DNA of 64,000 nucleotides from Escherichia coli (GTDB lineage Bacteria; Pseudomonadota; Gammaproteobacteria; Enterobacterales; Enterobacteriaceae): NCBI RefSeq assembly GCF_024502345.1, contig NZ_JALDNN010000001.1; one strand, 5' to 3'. Shown piece by piece: positions 58,322 to 64,000 of this stretch (position 1 is its first letter; each line of letters starts with the position of its first letter). The notes under the pieces were generated by a model. It saw only the letters and a program-made list of their open reading frames with translations, ran no database searches and was not told where the DNA came from. The position numbers and the translations under genes were made by a program.

Positions 58322-59451
58322 ACTAAGTGGTCTGCCATCATGGCATCCTGTTTTCTGGATGCCATCGCATAGCGCAATAACACGCTACCACAAGCCACCA
58401 TCCCGCCGATCAGCGCGGAAAGGATCACAATAATCGCCTTACCCGGACCGTCTTTTTTCACTGGCAATGACGGGCTTAACTGATATTTAAACGGCGTAAA
58501 ATTCACATCGTTGATATTTGCTTTTGTTAACTGCTCAACAAGATACTGACGATTACGTAATTCACCGTTCAGTTCCGCAACGTCAGTGACCGCTTTTTCA
58601 ATTTCCAGTTTGCGTTCAATACCGTCTGCGCCGAGAGAAATAGAGAAATCGGGGTCATCTTTAACGGCCTGACCATTACTGTAAACGGGCTTTTTAATTC
58701 CTGCCGCGTTGGCAATGTCGAGTGAATAATTGAGGCGCTGAATGTTTGCATCAAGTTGATTTTTCATTTTAATGCGGTCCTGAGCCAGTTTTTCTTTTTC
58801 AAACTGGGTTTTGATCTCCAGTTTATAACGGACGTTTTCTATCGACTCTTTCACCACCAACGCAGAGATATAATCGATATACCCGCTCAAAACGGTCTGC
58901 GCCTCTTCACTGGTTGGCGCGGTAAAACTTAGCGTCCAGGAAGTATACAGTGACGGTTCATCTTTTTTCTTACTGGCATTGTCATCAACCGCTTTCATTT
59001 TTTCGCTCAATGCGACAATTGCGCGATGCAAATCCAGTTCGTCGATTTTCGCCTCTTTTAATTGGTCCATCACATAAGGTGATGAACGCAGGTACTCTTC
59101 CAGCAAGCTAACCGACTGAAACTTCTTGATAAACAGATTAAATACACCGCCACGGTCGATATTAACATCGAGATCAAGAACGCGGAGTTTGGTAAAGGTT
59201 TTCTCCAGGTCCTGCCACTGAATGGCTTCAGCGGGAGTAATGACGGCTGAGCTGGTCCATTTTTGCGGCAGGATGAAAGAGATCAGCAAGCCTGCGCAGG
59301 CAAACGCAAAAACGACCGCCATGACCGTTTTTTTGGCCCGCCATAAAACTGAGATTAGATTAAGTAAATCAATTTCATTATTACTGGGCGACGCCAGAGG
59401 ATAATCGGGAAAATGAGCGTCACTTCCCTGTTTAATATTCAGTGATGACAT
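58318..59451 (-). CDS. fepE: polysaccharide co-polymerase family protein FepE (O-antigen chain length regulator)
   Basis: 377 aa with N- and C-terminal TM segments. Confidence 0.92.
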   Translation of the reverse strand: MSSLNIKQGSDAHFPDYPLASPSNNEIDLLNLISVLWRAKKTVMAVVFAFACAGLLISFILPQKWTSSAVITPAEAIQWQDLEKTFTKLRVLDLDVNIDRGGVFNLFIKKFQSVSLLEEYLRSSPYVMDQLKEAKIDELDLHRAIVALSEKMKAVDDNASKKKDEPSLYTSWTLSFTAPTSEEAQTVLSGYIDYISALVVKESIENVRYKLEIKTQFEKEKLAQDRIKMKNQLDANIQRLNYSLDIANAAGIKKPVYSNGQAVKDDPDFSISLGADGIERKLEIEKAVTDVAELNGELRNRQYLVEQLTKANINDVNFTPFKYQLSPSLPVKKDGPGKAIIVILSALIGGMVACGSVLLRYAMASRKQDAMMADHLV

Positions 59452-59619
59452 GGGGTATAACCTGAAAATGAGTCCAATAGGGGGAAATCTCCACGGCGCT
59501 CACTTTACCAGTTGGTGAGAATTATCCGAAGCTGAAGTTTGTAAATTCATTCCACTGAATGCAACATTCACTCTATTTAAGAAAAATAACCAGCAAACTT
59601 ATAAATTAAATAAATGATA

Positions 59620-59651
59620 AACCCATAATTATTTCCTGCAATTATGGGTTT
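59620..59651 (-). terminator. stem-loop downstream of entF
   Basis: aaacccataatt ... attatgggttt inverted repeat just past the entF stop. Confidence 0.5.
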
Positions 59652-59666
59652 ATAGATAATGTTAAT

Positions 59667-62600
59667 TTATCTGTTTAGCGTTGCGCGAATAATCGGCCCA
59701 ATTTTTTCAAATGCCCCTGGAGAGATAATATCCACATGCGCACAATCCTGACGATAGATATCCAGCTCCGCAATCCACGGCGACCAGGCGCGTTCAGGAC
59801 TCATACCTTCCTGAAGCGTGCGTTCAGCAACAAACAACGTCGCTTTACCGTCAAACGGTACGCTATGAGCAGTCGTCAGCAGGCGCACAGCATCAGCGTA
59901 GTTGCCTTCAATGGTGGTAAACAACTCCGTTGAAGTACTTCCCTGCTGTGCCGCCAGGAAGGCCTCGCGCTCGCGGTTAATCTCCGCCAGCACTTCCGGG
60001 TCCAGACCATTAGCTTCTTTTTCCTGCCAGTTTTGCGTTTCTGGCGGCCAGGTATCCAGCAAGCCAAGAAATGCCACCTGTTCGCCACGGGCACGCAGCC
60101 GCGCCGCAATACCCTGCGCCAGCGTACCGCCAAGGGAATACCCCAGCAGGTAATAAGGGCCGTGCGGTTGTTGTTCAAGTAACGTTGCCAGATGCGCTTC
60201 ACAGACTTCATCCAGATTTGCCGCGGTATGCATGGGGCCATTGGGGCGCGGCGACTGAATGCCGATAATCGACCATTGTGGATCGATATAACGCGAGAGC
60301 ACGCTAAACTGCCAGGCAAAACCGGATGCCGGATGGAAACAATACAGCGTCGGGCCATTACCTTCACGCAACGGCAGAATGGTTTCGAATCCCATGCGCC
60401 GGGAGCTGTCCTCTTCACCATCAATAATCGTTGCCAGTTTGGCGACGGTTGACGCAACCATCACCTGCCCCGGCGTCACCTGACGGGCAAACTGCCGACT
60501 TAACTGCGCTGCCAGTTTCATTGCCAGTAGCGAATGACCGCCAAGCGCGAAGAAATCAGCATCGGCATCCTGCACGTCACAACCCAGTAACGACGAGAAT
60601 GCCGCGGCGATAATCGTTTCACTGCCCGCTTTCGGCGCACGCCCTGGCGCTTGTGCCTTTAGTTCAGGCAACGGTAAGGCTTTGCGATCCAGCTTGCCGT
60701 TGGCGCTAAGTGGTAACTGTGGAAGTTGCAGCAGAACCACCGGTACCATATGTGGTGGCAATGTTTCACGAAGCTGCGCCTGCAATGCGCTGGTATCCAA
60801 CGGCAGGCCCGATTGCGACACCAGATAGCCCACCAACTGACGCGCATCACCACCGGTGGCTGCCGCCTGGTTAATCACACAGGCGTGGGTAACGGCCTGT
60901 TCGACATCCGGCAGCGCCTGCATCACGCGATCGATTTCGCCCAGTTCGATACGCTGCCCGCGAATTTTTAGCTGATCGTCACTGCGCCCGAGGTACTCCA
61001 CCGCGCCGTTATCCAGCCAGCGGGCAACGTCTCCGGTACGGTACATCCGTTCGCCAGGAGCAAAAGGATCGGCAATAAAGCGGCTGGCGGTCAGATCGGG
61101 TCGTCCAAGATACCCCTGCGCCAGTTGAATACCGGTGAGATAGAGATCACCCGCCACACCCGGCGGCACCGGATGCATCATCGCATCAAGAATACGCAGA
61201 CCCGTATTCCATACCGGATACCCAATAGGCACACTGCTGCCGCGCACCTGTGCCAGTTCCTCGCCAAAAGCCGGATACCAGCTCACATCTACCGCCGCTT
61301 CCGTCGGGCCATATAGATTATGCAACGGCGCGCCCGTTAACTGTTGCCATTCGCGGCATAAATCAGCCGGTAAGGCCTCACCACTACAGAAAACCTGTTT
61401 CAACGTCGCGCAATTCTGGCGAGCGGTTTCGGGCGTCAGCGATGCAACAAATGCCGCCAGCATCGACGGCACAAAGTGCGTGGTCGTTACGCCATATTCG
61501 GCAAAGAATTGCTGCATAGCGAGCGGGTCGCGGTGCGCTTCCGGTTCAGCCATCACCAGTTTAGCCCCGGCAATAAACGGCCAGAAAAACTCCCACACCG
61601 AGACATCAAAACTGCACGGCGTTTTTTGGGCAACGACATCTTCGCCTGTAAGCGGGTAGTGGTTTTGCATCCACAGCAGGCGGTTGACGATAGCCGTCTG
61701 CCCGACCATTACCCCTTTCGGCCTGCCGGTGGAGCCAGAGGTAAAGATGATATAAGCCGTGTGATGCGGTTGTGAAAATTGCAGCGGCGCACTGCCCTGC
61801 GGTGTAAGCGGGGCGTTATAGCAAAGGTTGGTTAAATCTGGAACATCGGCAAAGCGCGGCAGTTGATCGTCGGTGGTGATTAACAGCGACGGACGCGCAT
61901 CTTCCAGCATCATTTTCAGGCGATCGTCCGGATAGCCGGTATCCAGCGGTAACCAGGCCGCACCAGCTTCAACTATCGCATGTAGCGCCAGAGTCAAAAA
62001 GACCGAGCGCGGTAGCGCCACCGCTACGCTGTCCCCTGGTTTAACGCCGCGCTCACGCAGCAGATTCGCCAGCGCCACCACCTGCTCGCGCATTTCCCGA
62101 TAGCTGAACTGGTAACGCGCATCTGCCAGCGCCGGAGCATCCGGTGTTTTTGCCGCTTGTTCTGCCACCAGCGCGCTAAGCGTGGTTTCTGGAATCTCAA
62201 CCTGAGTGGCGTTGATCTGCGCCAGCTGCGCATACTCACCTGGCAGCATAATATCGACATCGCCGCACAACAGCGCCGGATCCGCAGCGAACTGGGCAAT
62301 CAGCATTTTCAGGCGTTCAGCATGCTGGATTAACGTTGGCTCATCGTAACGCTGTTTATTGGCGAGGATCTCAATACTCAAATCACCGTGTTCATCCGGG
62401 AACAGGGCCAGTTCAAGGTCATTAACCGGACCGGTTGCCAGGGTATGGGTTTGCGCCTGAACATCAGGAATGTCCAGTTGGTAATCAAATACCTTGATAT
62501 TGAGTACCGGACCAAACAGCGGTTCATCACCTGCCGCTCGCCCACTGTCACGGACAATTTGTTCGGCATCGTAACGTTGATGGCGACGCATTTTTTTCAG

Positions 62601-63548
62601 TTGTGCTGCCAGTCGGGTTGCCAGTTCCGGCAGCGTTTCTTGCGCCGCAATGTGAATACCCAACGGTAAAACGTTGAGCACGGGTCCGGTAGCCGTCAGC
62701 GCCGCCGAGCCCAGTCGACGCATAAAGATAAATCCGGCGGCGTAGTCCATGCGATTGCACAATCGCCCCAGCCACAAGGCTGCCAGCGCAAGGGCTAAAT
62801 CGGTACGCTGCACACCTGAAAGTTGCGTAGCCAGCTGGCGGAATTCCCCGTCGGTAAATTCCAGTTTCAGGCGCAGAATATCTGCCGAGGCGCTGCGCCC
62901 CGCTAAAGGTGCCGGAGAAAGTGACGCGGGCGGCGGCAGTTGACGACGCTGTTCTACCCAGAATGCCGCATCACGCTGCCAGGCTTCGCTTTCGCGGTAT
63001 TGCTGGTACTCTTCCACTACATCAGCGAAAGGCGTAAACGGCGAAGCAGGCGTTGGTTCGCCACGCAGCAATGCGCAGTAAATGTTGGCGATCTGGCGGG
63101 TAATGACCGGGAAACTGAAGCCATCGACCAGCAAATGGTGATAACGCTGATACCAGTACCAGCGGTTATCCGCAACATGTATCAGCTGATGAAAGACCAG
63201 TGGTTTACCGCTATCGACGCGCAAATCTTGTTGCAAATCCGCCTGCATTAATGCCTGCGCAGTACCGTGCGGATCAATATTGGTTCGCAGGTCGATAATT
63301 TCTGGCAGTTCGAATATCAGCGCATCATCGACCCATTGCCAGACTTCGCCGTTATCTTCCGTAAAACGCATCCGCAACGTATCTGCTTGCGCTAATCCGA
63401 CAACCACCGCGCGGGCCAGTAATGGCGCATCAACCTCTCCGGTTAACTCAACGTAATGCGCCACGCTCCAGGCGGAGGGTAAATCCGACAGTTTTTCTGC
63501 CATCCAGATGCCGGGCTGTGCGGCGACCAAAGGTAAATGCTGGCTCAT
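59667..63548 (-). CDS. entF: enterobactin non-ribosomal peptide synthetase (C-A-PCP-TE)
   Basis: 1293 aa; adenylation motifs (SGSTGRPKG), carrier-protein serine (GGHSLLAMK), thioesterase GYSLGG. Confidence 0.97.
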   Translation of the reverse strand: MSQHLPLVAAQPGIWMAEKLSDLPSAWSVAHYVELTGEVDAPLLARAVVVGLAQADTLRMRFTEDNGEVWQWVDDALIFELPEIIDLRTNIDPHGTAQALMQADLQQDLRVDSGKPLVFHQLIHVADNRWYWYQRYHHLLVDGFSFPVITRQIANIYCALLRGEPTPASPFTPFADVVEEYQQYRESEAWQRDAAFWVEQRRQLPPPASLSPAPLAGRSASADILRLKLEFTDGEFRQLATQLSGVQRTDLALALAALWLGRLCNRMDYAAGFIFMRRLGSAALTATGPVLNVLPLGIHIAAQETLPELATRLAAQLKKMRRHQRYDAEQIVRDSGRAAGDEPLFGPVLNIKVFDYQLDIPDVQAQTHTLATGPVNDLELALFPDEHGDLSIEILANKQRYDEPTLIQHAERLKMLIAQFAADPALLCGDVDIMLPGEYAQLAQINATQVEIPETTLSALVAEQAAKTPDAPALADARYQFSYREMREQVVALANLLRERGVKPGDSVAVALPRSVFLTLALHAIVEAGAAWLPLDTGYPDDRLKMMLEDARPSLLITTDDQLPRFADVPDLTNLCYNAPLTPQGSAPLQFSQPHHTAYIIFTSGSTGRPKGVMVGQTAIVNRLLWMQNHYPLTGEDVVAQKTPCSFDVSVWEFFWPFIAGAKLVMAEPEAHRDPLAMQQFFAEYGVTTTHFVPSMLAAFVASLTPETARQNCATLKQVFCSGEALPADLCREWQQLTGAPLHNLYGPTEAAVDVSWYPAFGEELAQVRGSSVPIGYPVWNTGLRILDAMMHPVPPGVAGDLYLTGIQLAQGYLGRPDLTASRFIADPFAPGERMYRTGDVARWLDNGAVEYLGRSDDQLKIRGQRIELGEIDRVMQALPDVEQAVTHACVINQAAATGGDARQLVGYLVSQSGLPLDTSALQAQLRETLPPHMVPVVLLQLPQLPLSANGKLDRKALPLPELKAQAPGRAPKAGSETIIAAAFSSLLGCDVQDADADFFALGGHSLLAMKLAAQLSRQFARQVTPGQVMVASTVAKLATIIDGEEDSSRRMGFETILPLREGNGPTLYCFHPASGFAWQFSVLSRYIDPQWSIIGIQSPRPNGPMHTAANLDEVCEAHLATLLEQQPHGPYYLLGYSLGGTLAQGIAARLRARGEQVAFLGLLDTWPPETQNWQEKEANGLDPEVLAEINREREAFLAAQQGSTSTELFTTIEGNYADAVRLLTTAHSVPFDGKATLFVAERTLQEGMSPERAWSPWIAELDIYRQDCAHVDIISPGAFEKIGPIIRATLNR

Positions 63549-63763
63549 TGTGCCTCCTGCAACTGGGTGAAATTCGCCGGTGTCAGAGTACGCCAGTGGG
63601 CTTCAAGCCACTGCTGGCAGGACTCTTGTGACTGCGGCTGACACACAATGTCCCAGCCTGCCGGTAAGGCGCATTGTTGCGGCCACAGACTGAATTGCCC
63701 CTGCGCATTGCGCAAAATGTAAAACGCTCCCTGCGGATCATCGAAGGGATTACTGAATGCCAT
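63545..63763 (-). CDS. ybdZ: MbtH-like protein
   Basis: 72 aa MAFSNPFDDPQGAFYILRNAQGQFSLWP...; overlaps entF start. Confidence 0.9.
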   Translation of the reverse strand: MAFSNPFDDPQGAFYILRNAQGQFSLWPQQCALPAGWDIVCQPQSQESCQQWLEAHWRTLTPANFTQLQEAQ

Positions 63764-63765
63764 AT

Positions 63766-64000
63766 TCAACTCCTGTCATGGAAAAGTGGTTGCCAGAGGT
63801 CGATTAGCCCCTCCATCAAGCCACCGCGCCAACAAAGCGCATCATGTCCGCCGTCAACCTGACGCCAGAAAATGGATTCTTTTATAGGGTGCAATTGCGC
63901 ATACAGCGCCTGATTGGCCCGCATGATCATCGGCTCGCGAATACCCGCTTCCAGCACAATGCGCAGACCTTCGGCGCTAACTTCACCAGCTTTTAGCTTT
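63766..64000 (-). CDS. fes: enterobactin esterase Fes, 3' portion (5' end outside window)
   Basis: C-terminal region ...VDGGHDALCWRGGLMEGLIDLWQPLFHDRS-stop upstream of ybdZ; reading frame continues to the window edge. Confidence 0.85.
   Translation of the reverse strand, partial: KLKAGEVSAEGLRIVLEAGIREPMIMRANQALYAQLHPIKESIFWRQVDGGHDALCWRGGLMEGLIDLWQPLFHDRS

Overview
This 64-kb window is an Escherichia coli chromosomal segment, in reverse orientation relative to K-12 numbering, running from the 3' end of rihA to the 3' end of fes. Gene identities are from recognised protein sequences in the six-frame track and my memory of the K-12 gene order; no database search was run. Most of it is conserved core genome: leuS-lptE-holA-nadD-cobC-rsfS-rlmH-mrdA-mrdB-rlpA-dacA-ybeD-lipB-ybeF-lipA, then tatE, ybeM, crcB, cspE, pagP, dcuC, dpiBA, citCDEFXGT, rna, rnk, uspG, ahpCF, dsbG, ybdO-ybdN-ybdM, ybdL, ybdH, cstA-ybdD and the enterobactin cluster (entH-A-B-E-C, fepB, entS, fepDGC, fepE, entF, ybdZ, fes). 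No rRNA, tRNA or CRISPR array was found. Four places depart from the K-12 layout as I recall it. (1) Between rihA and ybeL, the K-12 ybeQ-ybeR-djlB-ybeT-ybeU-djlC-hscC cluster is absent; in its place is a ~1.3-kb AT-rich segment with two co-oriented small acidic ORFs (173 aa and 129 aa) and a possible 44-aa ORF with a signal-peptide-like N-terminus. This is the best candidate for an undescribed module in the window, but its function cannot be read from the sequence. (2) A 1057-bp IS903-family element with perfect 18-bp inverted repeats and a 9-bp target duplication interrupts ybdN inside its PP-loop motif (SGGKDS). (3) ybdR has lost the 5' half of its coding sequence. (4) ybeM is an intact 264-codon ORF. 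The ybdO-ybdN-ybdM island (LysR regulator, PAPS-reductase-like PP-loop protein, ParB/Srx-like protein) is itself a poorly characterised module reminiscent of DndC/DndB and IbrA/IbrB pairs.
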